Source: an uncultured Ectothiorhodospiraceae bacterium (lineage in GTDB: Bacteria > Pseudomonadota > Gammaproteobacteria > UBA9214). From it: a stretch of DNA of 64,000 nucleotides. Numbering within the stretch: position 1 is the stretch's first letter; the number at the start of each line of letters is the position of its first letter. The DNA lies in contig CAMYMI010000007.1 of assembly GCA_947259415.1 (NCBI GenBank), forward strand, positions 35,565 to 99,564, given 5' to 3'. Position numbers and translations under genes: made by a program. Positions 30,726 to 40,359 of this stretch are shown here, one piece after another. Below the pieces are notes generated by a model. That model did no database searches. It saw nothing but the letters and a program-made list of their open reading frames with translations, and was not told the DNA's origin.

Positions 30726-30968
30726 TCAAATACTCTGGCGACAACTGCCTTCGCGAATCCACACACCACGCTCTTCACACCGCAGCATCTCGTCACCGCT
30801 GCAAACATAGTCGCCGATCGCGTAGGCGATATTGTTGAAATGACAGACCCCGGATTCCAGCTCCAGGTCCAGCGACAGCTCATCGGCATCGGTGTCGTCG
30901 AAAATGGGCGAATTCTTCAACTCCGGATCCGGCGCGCCTACCTTCGGTAACTGCCTGACTTCAGTCAT
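30726..30968 (-). CDS. Small acidic Cys-containing protein
   Basis: VGAPDPELKNSPI...CHFN..AY.IGDYVCSG...LRCE..GVW...GSC; AGGAG RBS before ATG 30968. Confidence 0.65.
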   Translation of the reverse strand: MTEVRQLPKVGAPDPELKNSPIFDDTDADELSLDLELESGVCHFNNIAYAIGDYVCSGDEMLRCEERGVWIREGSCRQSI

Positions 30969-31214
30969 CACCTTTCTCCTCATGGTGTCATTCCCTGTCT
31001 TCTGGATCTGCGCCAGCACACAGGACAACTCTAAATCTTTTTAACTCTTAATGTTAAGTATAGAAGCTGCTGCCGAACCGGACATCGCCCCTGTCAACAA
31101 GCCCCATCTGGTGCGCCCACCATGCTTGTAATGGTCTAGTATTAATGTAGGACTGCCTGAAAGCAGGGACCTGATAATCATCATTTTAATTGCTGATCAT
31201 ATTCGGGAGGCACC

Positions 31215-31649
31215 ATGTCAAGACCCTGGATTGTAGTAGCAGACCAAAGCAAGGCGCGGATATTTTCCATGGAAGACCCGCAAGGGCCACTGCAGGAAAT
31301 GGGCCAGCTGAAACACCCCGAGGCCCGTGAGCATGCCCGGACACTGACGTCCGACCGCCCGGGGCGCAGCTTCGACAGCGGTGGCCAGGGGCGCCATGCC
31401 ATGGGGACATCTGTGGAACCCAAGGAACAGGAGGCCATCCGTTTTGCCAAACAGATTGCCGAACACCTGCGTGCCGAGTGTCACGATAAAGGCTGCAACC
31501 GACTGGTACTGATCGCCGGACCGGACTTTCTGGGCCTGCTCCGGGAGCAGATTGGTTCGATGAATGACATTACCATCACGGAGATCAAGAAAAACCTGGG
31601 GCAGTACAGCCCGCACGAGATTCGTACGCATTTGCCGGCAAGGTTATAA
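31215..31649 (+). CDS. Host-attachment family protein (baeRF-related)
   Basis: WIVVAD.SKARIF, SDRPGRSFDS, FAKQIA..L, LVLIAGP.FLG; GGAGG RBS. Confidence 0.85.
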   Translation: MSRPWIVVADQSKARIFSMEDPQGPLQEMGQLKHPEAREHARTLTSDRPGRSFDSGGQGRHAMGTSVEPKEQEAIRFAKQIAEHLRAECHDKGCNRLVLIAGPDFLGLLREQIGSMNDITITEIKKNLGQYSPHEIRTHLPARL

Positions 31650-31726
31650 CGGGACAGTTGCAACCGGAACGATTTTCGGACGTTTTGAAGACGGTTCAGC
31701 ACACCCTGTATCGAGGAGGCAGACAC

Positions 31727-32053
31727 ATGGTCAGCGAAGCCGACCCCATCATCGGAGCGTGGTATCACTACCCGGAAAAGGCGCAGAAATTCGTGGTGGT
31801 TGCCATTGATGAACACACGGATACCATCGAGGTCCAGTACTTCGACGGCAACATCGACGAATTCGATATGAGCGCCTGGTATGAACTCGACATGGAGCGT
31901 ATCGAGGAGCCGGAGGACTGGACCGGGCCAATGGACAACATCGAGAAAGACGACCTCAACCCGGTGGGCACGGAGATGCGGCGCGAGGACTGGGACGCGC
32001 CCTATCAGGAAGAGGATGAGAAAAAGAGCGCCGGACCGCGCGAACCGGATTAA
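31727..32053 (+). CDS. Acidic DUF6763-like protein
   Basis: PIIGAWY...FVVVAID....TIEVQYFDG.IDEFD...W...PEDWTGP.D; GAGGAGG RBS. Confidence 0.72.
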   Translation: MVSEADPIIGAWYHYPEKAQKFVVVAIDEHTDTIEVQYFDGNIDEFDMSAWYELDMERIEEPEDWTGPMDNIEKDDLNPVGTEMRREDWDAPYQEEDEKKSAGPREPD

Positions 32054-32241
32054 TGGGTAAACTGGAGACAGTCTCCATATCACACGATCACATGGCGGGG
32101 CAGGCAACTGCGTAACCCGTCTATCCCGAATTTGGTTCAGTCCACGCAGATCCGGCCCGCACAGGTGGCAAACGACATGGGCTCGGTTCCAGCGGATGGC
32201 CCCGTGGCTTTGACCGGCTCCCGGGTTCAGGGTAAAAGCGA

Positions 32242-33630
32242 CTAAAGCGGCAACTTCTGCAGGTATTCAGCCTGCGTGACCCGACCACCGAACCCGCGTT
32301 GCAGCTGCGCGGCCAGCACGTCCATCGCATCGGGTTCACCGTGCACCAGGACCACCGGCGGGTGCCCCTCGATCTGGTCATACCAGTCCAGCAAACCCTG
32401 CTGGTCGGCATGGGCAGACAGGCCGCCTACGGTGTGGACCCGAGCCTGCACCTTGATGGTCTCACCCCACAACCTGATATGGCTGGCCCCGTCGACCAGG
32501 GCACGACCCTGTGTCCCGCGCGCCTGGAAGCCGACAATCATGACGTGCGCATCCCGACGCCAGATGTTGTGTTTCAAATGGTGCTTGATGCGCCCGCCGG
32601 TACACATGCCGCTGCCGGCGATGATTATGGCACCGGCATGCAGCGTGTTGATCTGCATGGACTCCTCGGCGCGTTCAGTCATGCGCAGATTGGGCAAGTC
32701 GAACAGGGTGCCGCGCTCGCGGGCAAAGTCACGCGCCCTGACGTCATAGACGCGCGAGTGCCGGTCATAGATCTCGGTTGCCTCGATCCCCATCGGGCTG
32801 TCCAGGAAGATCTGCCAGTCGCCGATCCCCCATTCCTCGTAATGACTGTTGAAGATATACAGCAGCTCCTGGGTGCGGCCAACGGTAAAGGCGGGAACCA
32901 GGATATTACCCTTGCCGGCGTGGGCGCTGGATAGCACCATGCGCATCTCCTCCCAGGTGGATTCCCAGTCGCGGTGCCGGCGGTCGCCGTAGGTGCTTTC
33001 CAGGACCACCAGGTCAGCCTGCGGCACGCGTTCCGGGTCACGCAGGATCGGGGCGCCATGATGCCCGAGGTCGCCGCTGAAAACGACCTTGCGCCTGTGT
33101 CCGCCCTCTTCAAGGTCCAGTACGACGATAGCGGATCCGAGGATATGTCCGGCATCATGCAGCGTCAGGCGCACGCCCGGCAGGATCTGCTGTAGCTGTC
33201 CGAACTCCAGCGCCTTGAAGTGCCGATGCGAGGCGCGTGCCTCCTGGCGGGTGTAGAGGGGTTCCAGGAGTTCCAGACCCTTGCGTGCACGCTTGCGGTT
33301 TTCCCACTCGGCTTCCTTCTCGTTCAGGTAGCCGGCGTCTTCGAGCATGATCGCACACAGGTCGACGGTGGCCGTGTGGGTGTAAACCGGACCCTGGTAA
33401 CCGCGCTTGACCAGCAGCGGCAGCCGTCCGGAATGATCGATATGGGCATGGGTAAGGACCACCGCATCGATCTTTGCCGTATCGAAGCTGAACGCGTCGC
33501 TGTTGTGGCGCTCGTGTTTACGGCTGCCCTGTATCAGCCCGCAGTCAACCAGGACCTGTTGATCAGCGACCCGCAATAGAAAACAGGACCCGGTGACCTC
33601 GCGCGTGGCACCCAGAAACTCGATCTCCAT
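32242..33630 (-). CDS. Metallo-beta-lactamase beta-CASP RNA-processing nuclease
   Basis: GATREVTGS, THAHIDHSG, AGHILGS, FSGDLG, ESTYG, SAHAD, VHGE. Confidence 0.93.
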   Translation of the reverse strand: MEIEFLGATREVTGSCFLLRVADQQVLVDCGLIQGSRKHERHNSDAFSFDTAKIDAVVLTHAHIDHSGRLPLLVKRGYQGPVYTHTATVDLCAIMLEDAGYLNEKEAEWENRKRARKGLELLEPLYTRQEARASHRHFKALEFGQLQQILPGVRLTLHDAGHILGSAIVVLDLEEGGHRRKVVFSGDLGHHGAPILRDPERVPQADLVVLESTYGDRRHRDWESTWEEMRMVLSSAHAGKGNILVPAFTVGRTQELLYIFNSHYEEWGIGDWQIFLDSPMGIEATEIYDRHSRVYDVRARDFARERGTLFDLPNLRMTERAEESMQINTLHAGAIIIAGSGMCTGGRIKHHLKHNIWRRDAHVMIVGFQARGTQGRALVDGASHIRLWGETIKVQARVHTVGGLSAHADQQGLLDWYDQIEGHPPVVLVHGEPDAMDVLAAQLQRGFGGRVTQAEYLQKLPL

Positions 33631-33749
33631 AGTGACTCCTTGTCAGCGGGGGCCGGCGTCGATGTACACACGTCTTAAACACCGGGATCAGCTGCCGGTA
33701 TCCCGAAGCGCCCGCCGGGCGTATTAGGCCATATTTTATTAATTATAGT

Positions 33750-34850
33750 TCAAGTTCTTATATAGAATCTCTCATCCAAAGCCTTAAGTGTTTCCACAAT
33801 CCCTGTGTACTCGAGTTCGTCCATGGGCAGCATGGCCGCACCGAAGAAGCCCTGGCGCCGCATGCCGATGGCCTTGTTCGCGACGGTGTCACGTACCTTG
33901 TCCCAGAAGGGGTGGGCGAACACGTCCACCGCCTCGGTGAAGCGGCCGTCGTGCATGGCAAACGCGGCACAACTCACCACCGGTGGGCCATCGAAATAAC
34001 TGATTCCCGAATTCAGCTGCACCGGCATCAGCGGCATCTGGTGGGAACCGCGCATGGCACCGGCCACGTAGGGCCCGATGGCATAGGGCGCGATGATCTC
34101 GCCGGTCGCCGGAAAGGTCTTCTGCACCCGCACCAGCAGGACCGGATCATCCTTGCCGGTGTACTTGCCGGCAATGTTGTGCAGGCGTGACGTGGACAGC
34201 GAAACCGCCTGTTCGCCGCTGGTCCGTGACCAGACCGATTCGATCACATAGCGCTCCGGATTACGCAGCAGCGCGGCAATGTCGTAGAGATCCTCGGGCG
34301 CATTCAGTTCGATTATACGGTCGCCTTCGGTGTGACTGACATCCATGATCACAAAGCGGAAGCCTTCTTTCATGGACGGCGACAGCATCAGCCCCGGGGT
34401 ATTCATGGGGTCGGCAAAGGCCAGGTACAGAGCCAGGTTGTAACAGCCGGGATCGGTCTTGTCGGCGGCAAAAAACAGGAAGGGTTCATTGGGGCGCTCG
34501 TCGAAGTCCATCTCCGCAACGGCCGGTCCCATACCGCGCACGTTTCCGGAAAAGGCCTCCTTGAGCAGGTCCTGGCCAGCGCCGTAGAGGCCCTGCTCCC
34601 TGGCGGTTTCCGTACCCGCCATGAAGGCATCCCAGGCCAGGGCGTGGATATCCTCATCGGTCACACCACGGGTATGGCTCATGACAATGGCAATGTCGTC
34701 GCCGGTATAGCTGATATAACTGTCGAGCAACAGATCGGCGCTGCGCTCCTGCACCATGTGACGCACGGTTTCCAGGAGGCGGCGTGATGGACAGATATGG
34801 CCGCCGATCGAGCCGATATCCGCTTTAATGACACTGAGTGTGATCTGCAT
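33750..34850 (-). CDS. Bifunctional fructose-1,6-bisphosphate aldolase/phosphatase (class V FBPase)
   Basis: TLSVIKADIGSIGGH, GDDI, GLYGAGQDLL, GNVRGMGP, ADKT, GKYTGKDDP Schiff-base region, MRGSH, FDGPP, ELEYT. Confidence 0.93.
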   Translation of the reverse strand: MQITLSVIKADIGSIGGHICPSRRLLETVRHMVQERSADLLLDSYISYTGDDIAIVMSHTRGVTDEDIHALAWDAFMAGTETAREQGLYGAGQDLLKEAFSGNVRGMGPAVAEMDFDERPNEPFLFFAADKTDPGCYNLALYLAFADPMNTPGLMLSPSMKEGFRFVIMDVSHTEGDRIIELNAPEDLYDIAALLRNPERYVIESVWSRTSGEQAVSLSTSRLHNIAGKYTGKDDPVLLVRVQKTFPATGEIIAPYAIGPYVAGAMRGSHQMPLMPVQLNSGISYFDGPPVVSCAAFAMHDGRFTEAVDVFAHPFWDKVRDTVANKAIGMRRQGFFGAAMLPMDELEYTGIVETLKALDERFYIRT

Positions 34851-34928
34851 CGGAGTCCCTCCTGCAATAACCGGTATATCAGGCAGCAACAGCTATTTTA
34901 AAGGTAGCAGATTACCAGTGATCCGGGA

Positions 34929-34942
34929 CTGACGTGTGTCAA
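34929..34942 (-). promoter_or_regulatory. FNR-type box upstream of the FBP aldolase/phosphatase gene
   Basis: TTGAC-ACAC-GTCAG on the minus strand; TACCTT 22 nt downstream. Confidence 0.6.
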
Positions 34943-34970
34943 GGAGAACGCGATCTGCGCTGTGTTTATC

Positions 34971-36224
34971 CTACAGCAGCAGCCACACGACAAGCAGTCC
35001 CGTCGCTGCTGCCAGCACCAGCGGCGCCACGACCTTTCTGCCCAGCGTTATCCCGCCAACTGTAAATGCCAACACGGCCTTGACGCTGCTGTTAACCGCA
35101 CTGGCGATGATGATGCCGGCCGTAGCCAGCTGCAGCAAGCCGGCGTCATGTGTCGTCATGCGTGCCAGGCTGAGGGTAATGGCATCGACATCCGCCACAC
35201 CGGAAGCGGCTGCAAGCAGGAGAATGCCGACCTCACCCAGGGCATCCTTGAGCGCCTCTGCCAGCAACATGATGGCCGCAAGCAGAAAACCAAAACGCAG
35301 CGCCGCCATCAGTTCGAGAGGGTTGCCGATGGGTGCAGGTTCTTCCACAGCTGTATCTCGCCTGTTCCAGCCCTGCCACAAGGCTGCGCCATAAATAATC
35401 AGCGTCATCAGGCCCGCCGGCAGCAGCAGCAGCCGAAACAGTTGCGGACTGATGAAACTGCCGACCAGGAGCATGCGCGGGTACATGGTCCCGCAGGCGA
35501 TCAGGATGCCGGGTGCCAGCGCCTGTATCATATCCGGCTTGCGCCGTGCCAGGCGCGAGAAATGCAGTGTCAGCGCCGTCGACGAGGCCAGCCCGGCAAA
35601 CAGCCCGGTCAGTATGGCCCCCTTGCTGGTACCGGCAATTCGCATGGCGAAATAGCCACTGAAGGAAATCGCGGCGATCAGAACCACCATCCACCATATC
35701 TGGTAGGGATTGAGCGCCTCCCAGGGACCGTAGCCCCGGTCAGGCAAGACCGGAAGCAACACGATCGAGATCAGCAGCAGCTTCAGCCCGGCGCGCAACT
35801 CCTCACGCTGCAAGCGGCGCAGCCAGCCGTGCAGCACCGGTTTGAAGCCGAGCAGCAGGGTAGTAACAACCGCGGCGGCACCGGCTTCCGCCACATAACC
35901 CAGGCCGGCCAGCGCGCCCAGGGCAAAGGTCAGCAGGCCCGCAATCAGACTGGTAATGCCGACAGCGTGGGTGCGGCGCACATTGGCGAGGTAGGCCGCC
36001 GTCATCACCCCCGCCATGCCCAGGAACACAATTCCAAGCAGCAGTTCACCCAGCTGCTGCGATAGCAGCCCGATGACCCCGCCCAGCAGACCGATCAGCC
36101 CGAAGGTGCGCAGCCCGGAAATGCGCGTCCCTTCCTCGGCCTCACGCTGTTGCCATCCGCGCTCGATGCCGATCAGGAAACCGACAGCCAGCGCCACACC
36201 CAGTAATACGATCGAGTTGTACAT
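34971..36224 (-). CDS. MgtC/SapB + DUF4010 membrane protein
   Basis: GFLIGIERGW, GLRTFGLIGLLGG, LNPYQIWWMVVLI, GLASSTA, DVDAITLS. Confidence 0.88.
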   Translation of the reverse strand: MYNSIVLLGVALAVGFLIGIERGWQQREAEEGTRISGLRTFGLIGLLGGVIGLLSQQLGELLLGIVFLGMAGVMTAAYLANVRRTHAVGITSLIAGLLTFALGALAGLGYVAEAGAAAVVTTLLLGFKPVLHGWLRRLQREELRAGLKLLLISIVLLPVLPDRGYGPWEALNPYQIWWMVVLIAAISFSGYFAMRIAGTSKGAILTGLFAGLASSTALTLHFSRLARRKPDMIQALAPGILIACGTMYPRMLLVGSFISPQLFRLLLLPAGLMTLIIYGAALWQGWNRRDTAVEEPAPIGNPLELMAALRFGFLLAAIMLLAEALKDALGEVGILLLAAASGVADVDAITLSLARMTTHDAGLLQLATAGIIIASAVNSSVKAVLAFTVGGITLGRKVVAPLVLAAATGLLVVWLLL

Positions 36225-36319
36225 GCCTGTAACTTACACCTCTTGCTGCCGTTATGCCCCTGGGCAAACCCGCAAGCGTCCACAACCACTGCTTGCACCT
36301 GACCGGTTATCACTGATAA

Positions 36320-36333
36320 TTGACGCAAATCAG
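36320..36333 (+). promoter_or_regulatory. FNR-type box upstream of the Lon-like protease gene
   Basis: TTGAC-GCAA-ATCAG; CATAAT 22 nt downstream. Confidence 0.65.
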
Positions 36334-36434
36334 TCCGGCGACGGATTATGTGGTCCATAATTAATATATAAATCGTAAACCGGTAATTGTCATTAAACGG
36401 ACGTATCCCGGCCACCAGCAGACGAGGCAAACTC

Positions 36435-38870
36435 ATGGAACCAGGCAAGCCGCTGACCCCTGACATGCTCTACCAGGAATGTGACCCGGAACTGTTTGAC
36501 TTTAAAACCACTGACGAACTTGAGGACCTGGTCGATATCCCGGGCCAGGACCGTGCCGTCGAGGCCATCCATTTCGGCACCGAGATGGCGCCCGACGGCT
36601 ATAACCTGTACGTGCTCGGCACCCCGGGCAGCGGCCGGCACAGTCTCGTCAGACACATCCTCGAGCAAAAGAGCGCACAAATACCGGCCGCCGATGACTG
36701 GTGTTACGTGAACAATTTTTCCGACCCGACGAAGCCTTGCGCGCTGCATATGCCTGCAGGCCAGGGTACCGAGCTGCGCAGTGACGTCGCACAGCTGATC
36801 GGCGAGGCCTACACGGGCATACCCGCAGCCTTTGAAAGCGAGGATTACCAGACCCGCCAGCAGGCCATCGAGGAGGAATTCAAGGAATCCCAGGAAAAGA
36901 CCTTCGAGGATGTACAACAGTTCGCCAGGAAACGCGGCATCAAGATCATCCAGACCGCGACCGGCTTCGTATTCGCACCACTGCACAAGGACAAGGCCAT
37001 CAGCCCGCAGGAATACGAAAAGCTGCCACAGACGGAAAAGGAGCACCTGGAACAGGTCACCGAGGAAGTCGGCAAGGAACTACAGCGCGCCATGCAGGCA
37101 ATACCACAGGAGGCGCGCAAGGTGCGCGCCAAGATGCGGGAACTTGACCGCGAGGTCTCGATGTATGCCGTCGGCGGGCTGTTTGACCAGTTGCTGGACA
37201 AGTACCGCACTCAGGAGCAGGTCGTCACCTATCTCAGGGAGATGCAATCCGATATCGTCGACAACGTCGATGTCTTTTTAAAGGCTCCGGAACATGACAG
37301 GCTCCCGGCCAAGGTTCTGCTCGGCGGTCGTGCCCAGGGACTGGAGTCCACTGAATCACCGGCCATGCGCCGCTATGCCGTCAACGTCATAATCGACCAT
37401 GGCGGTGACGAGGGTGCCCCGCTTGTCTTCGAGGATTACCCGACCTTTCCCAACCTGGTCGGCAAGATCGAGCACGTTTCCGAAATGGGCACCCTGATCA
37501 CCAACTTCACCCTGATCAGGGCCGGAGCCCTGCACAGCGCCAATGGCGGATACCTGGTGCTGGATGCCGCAAAGCTGCTGGTACAGCCGTTCGCCTGGGA
37601 GGGCCTGAAGCGCGCCCTGAAATCGTCCCGGATCCGCATCCGTTCGCTCGGCGAGGTTCTCAGCCTGATCAGCACGGTGTCGCTCGAACCGGAACCGATA
37701 CCGCTCAACCTCAAGGTCATTCTGCTGGGCGACCGCCTGATTTACTACCTGCTGCAGGCCTATGACCCCGAGTTCATGGATCTTTTCAAGGTGGCGGCGG
37801 ACTTTGATGACGCAATTGACCGTACCGCGGAGAACAGCCGACAGTTCGCCCGGCTGCTGGCCACCCATATCAAGCGCGAGCAACTCAGGCCACTGGATTG
37901 CTCCGGCACCGCCCGGGTGCTGGAGGAATGCGCACGCCATGCCGGTGATGCGGAAAAGATCTCCGCACAGATCCGCCACGCGGCCGACATCGTTCGCGAG
38001 GCGGATTTCCATGCCCGTAACAACGACAGCAAGATTATCGGCAGCGAAGAGGTCCAGCGTGCGATTGATGCCCGTATCCGCCGCGACAGCCGTATTCGCG
38101 ACCGCCTGCAGGAGGAGATTCTGCGCGGCACCATCCTGATCGACACCGACGGCGAACGCGTAGGCCAGGTCAACGGTCTGGCTGTGGCCCAGCTCGGCGA
38201 GTCCTCCTTTGCCCATCCCTGCCGTATCACCGCGCGCGTCGCCCTGGGATCGGGCGAAGTCGTGGATATCGAACGCGAGGTGGAACTCGGCGGGCCAATC
38301 CATTCCAAGGGCGTATTGATTTTATCGGGGTTCCTGGCATCCCGCTATGTGATAGATCAACCCCTGTCACTGTTCGCGAGCCTGGTGTTCGAGCAAACCT
38401 ACGGCGGGATCGAGGGTGACAGTGCCTCTGCGGCCGAACTCTGTGCCCTGCTCTCGGCACTCGCGCAGATTCCGGTACGGCAGGGCCTGGCGATTACCGG
38501 CTCGGTCAACCAGCATGGCCAGGTCCAGGCCATCGGCGGTGTCAACGAGAAAATCGAGGGGTTCTTCGACATCTGCTCAAGACGCGAGCTGACAGGAACG
38601 CAGGGTGTGCTGATCCCGTCTTCCAACGTCAAGCACCTGATGTTACGCAGGGACGTGATCGAGGCGGTTGCGGCCAAGCATTTCCAGATCTACCCGGTTG
38701 AGACCATCGACCAGTGCATGGAACTCCTGACCGGGATTGAAGCGGGCGAGTGCAATGCCCGGGGTGATTTTCCCACTGATTCGGCCAACCAGCGGATACG
38801 CACCCGGCTGATCGAATTTGCCGAAAAGCGGCATGCCTTCGGCGCGACCGGTTCCAAATCAGAGACCTAG
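36435..38870 (+). CDS. LonC-type (S16) protease with degenerate AAA module
   Basis: GQDRA, degenerate Walker A GTPGSGRHS, GALHSANGGYL, EGDSASAAE (Ser), GGVNEKIEGFF (Lys). Confidence 0.9.
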   Translation: MEPGKPLTPDMLYQECDPELFDFKTTDELEDLVDIPGQDRAVEAIHFGTEMAPDGYNLYVLGTPGSGRHSLVRHILEQKSAQIPAADDWCYVNNFSDPTKPCALHMPAGQGTELRSDVAQLIGEAYTGIPAAFESEDYQTRQQAIEEEFKESQEKTFEDVQQFARKRGIKIIQTATGFVFAPLHKDKAISPQEYEKLPQTEKEHLEQVTEEVGKELQRAMQAIPQEARKVRAKMRELDREVSMYAVGGLFDQLLDKYRTQEQVVTYLREMQSDIVDNVDVFLKAPEHDRLPAKVLLGGRAQGLESTESPAMRRYAVNVIIDHGGDEGAPLVFEDYPTFPNLVGKIEHVSEMGTLITNFTLIRAGALHSANGGYLVLDAAKLLVQPFAWEGLKRALKSSRIRIRSLGEVLSLISTVSLEPEPIPLNLKVILLGDRLIYYLLQAYDPEFMDLFKVAADFDDAIDRTAENSRQFARLLATHIKREQLRPLDCSGTARVLEECARHAGDAEKISAQIRHAADIVREADFHARNNDSKIIGSEEVQRAIDARIRRDSRIRDRLQEEILRGTILIDTDGERVGQVNGLAVAQLGESSFAHPCRITARVALGSGEVVDIEREVELGGPIHSKGVLILSGFLASRYVIDQPLSLFASLVFEQTYGGIEGDSASAAELCALLSALAQIPVRQGLAITGSVNQHGQVQAIGGVNEKIEGFFDICSRRELTGTQGVLIPSSNVKHLMLRRDVIEAVAAKHFQIYPVETIDQCMELLTGIEAGECNARGDFPTDSANQRIRTRLIEFAEKRHAFGATGSKSET

Positions 38871-38872
38871 TG

Positions 38873-39667
38873 ATGACGCAGCGCGCCAAACACCCACCTG
38901 CACGGATTGCGGTCATGCTGGTCAACCTCGAGTCTGATCACGCCACCCTGGAAATGCTGAACCTGCTCGCCGGTGAATCACCGGCCGAGATCCACGGCCT
39001 GTTCGTGGAGGATATCGAACTGCTGTCACTGGCTGACCTGCCGCTGGCACGTGAATATTGTCGCCTGACTCATGTGGAACGCGTTGTGCAGGTCCCGGAA
39101 CTCGAACGCCAGTTCAGAATCCAGGCCCGTGCCGCTGAACAGGCACTGACCGCACTCGCCAGCCGTCGCGGCATGCAGTGTTCTTTCAGGACAGTACGCG
39201 GCGAGCCTGCCACCCTGCTGCGGGAAACGCTGGAGGCAATGGATTTGATGTTACTCAGCGCCACTCGCCATACCCTGTCGACAGCCGACTATCGTGCATT
39301 TGCGACCCGTGGCCGTCCCGTCAAAAGGCCGGTGACCGTGGTGTTCGATGGCTCTGAAGTCGCCCAACGCGCCCTCGGGGTTGCCACGCAACTGGCCCGT
39401 GCCGGAGCGGCTGCCTTGACGGTATTGCTGGTGGACGATACATCGGCTGCATTTGATGCACTGCGTTCACAGGCGACTGAACAAATCGGCACACAGCCGG
39501 CCGAGTTCAGGGAAGTCGTAAAACCGGAGATGAGCGAACTCATCAGGCAGGTGCAATCAAGCCGTGCCGGCTGCCTGGTAATCGGGCGGAACGAGGACCT
39601 GCTCACACCGAACAATATCGAACGCCTGCGCCACCAGCCCGGCTGCCCGGTCGTGCTGGTCAGCTAG
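38873..39667 (+). CDS. Universal-stress-protein-like tandem domain protein
   Basis: GLFVED..LL.LA.LP, FRTVRG, VTVVFDGS...QRAL, C-terminal CPVVLV. Confidence 0.65.
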   Translation: MTQRAKHPPARIAVMLVNLESDHATLEMLNLLAGESPAEIHGLFVEDIELLSLADLPLAREYCRLTHVERVVQVPELERQFRIQARAAEQALTALASRRGMQCSFRTVRGEPATLLRETLEAMDLMLLSATRHTLSTADYRAFATRGRPVKRPVTVVFDGSEVAQRALGVATQLARAGAAALTVLLVDDTSAAFDALRSQATEQIGTQPAEFREVVKPEMSELIRQVQSSRAGCLVIGRNEDLLTPNNIERLRHQPGCPVVLVS

Positions 39668-39733
39668 GGTAACGATGCGTCCACGGATATACCAAACCAG
39701 GCGCCCGGACCCGGCCCGGACGCCTGGCAGCTC

Positions 39734-40204
39734 TCACAGCGTATGGCCGTAGTGGCCGCGCTGCGCCTCCTTTAGCAGTTGCTGGAACGACCCGCCATCG
39801 ATACGAACCAGCTCCTCGTGATCGCCGGCCTCGAAAAACACCTCGGGCTCATCCAGCAGGCATTCGTCAAGATAGGTCTCCATCCCCCACGCGGGCCCCG
39901 CGGGTGGAATGGCGCCCACGGCACAGTCAGGAAACAGTTGCACCAATTCTTCCTCCGTCGCCAGGTCCACGCCGTGCCCGAACTGTGCACGCAAGGCAGC
40001 CATGTCGACATGTTCCACCGATGGCAAGACGACCATCAGGTAGCGACCCTCCTCCTTCAGAATGACCGCCTTGGCCAGACGCTGCCCCGGGACATGAGCC
40101 TGTTCCGCCGTCTCCATGCTGCTGCCGGTGTGGGGATGGGGAATCAGGTCGTATTGCGTATCATGCCGGTTGAGAAACTCCTCGAGTGTGACTGAAATCG
40201 TCAT
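39734..40204 (-). CDS. YbaK/EbsC aminoacyl-tRNA deacylase family protein
   Basis: LAKAVIL, LATEEEL..LFPDC.VGAIPP, FEAGDH. Confidence 0.9.
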   Translation of the reverse strand: MTISVTLEEFLNRHDTQYDLIPHPHTGSSMETAEQAHVPGQRLAKAVILKEEGRYLMVVLPSVEHVDMAALRAQFGHGVDLATEEELVQLFPDCAVGAIPPAGPAWGMETYLDECLLDEPEVFFEAGDHEELVRIDGGSFQQLLKEAQRGHYGHTL

Positions 40205-40279
40205 GATATGACCTCCTTTTTCAACATATACCGCTAAACTTCTATATGGTAAATATAGACGCTTATTAATTCGTATATA

Positions 40280-40293
40280 CTGATTTATATCAA
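40280..40293 (-). promoter_or_regulatory. FNR-type box upstream of ybaK-like gene
   Basis: TTGAT-ATAA-ATCAG on the minus strand; TATATT 22 nt downstream. Confidence 0.7.
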
Positions 40294-40359
40294 TCCGGCC
40301 AGATCCCTGATGAAAATAAATTTCAACAGGGCTGCAAACTGGAGACTGGTACAGGCTCG

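Noticed and set aside
34962-36065. Long antisense ORFs (this 367-aa one, also 26685-27656, 37356-38303, 43194-44099)
   Set aside because: Shadows of real GC-rich genes on the opposite strand
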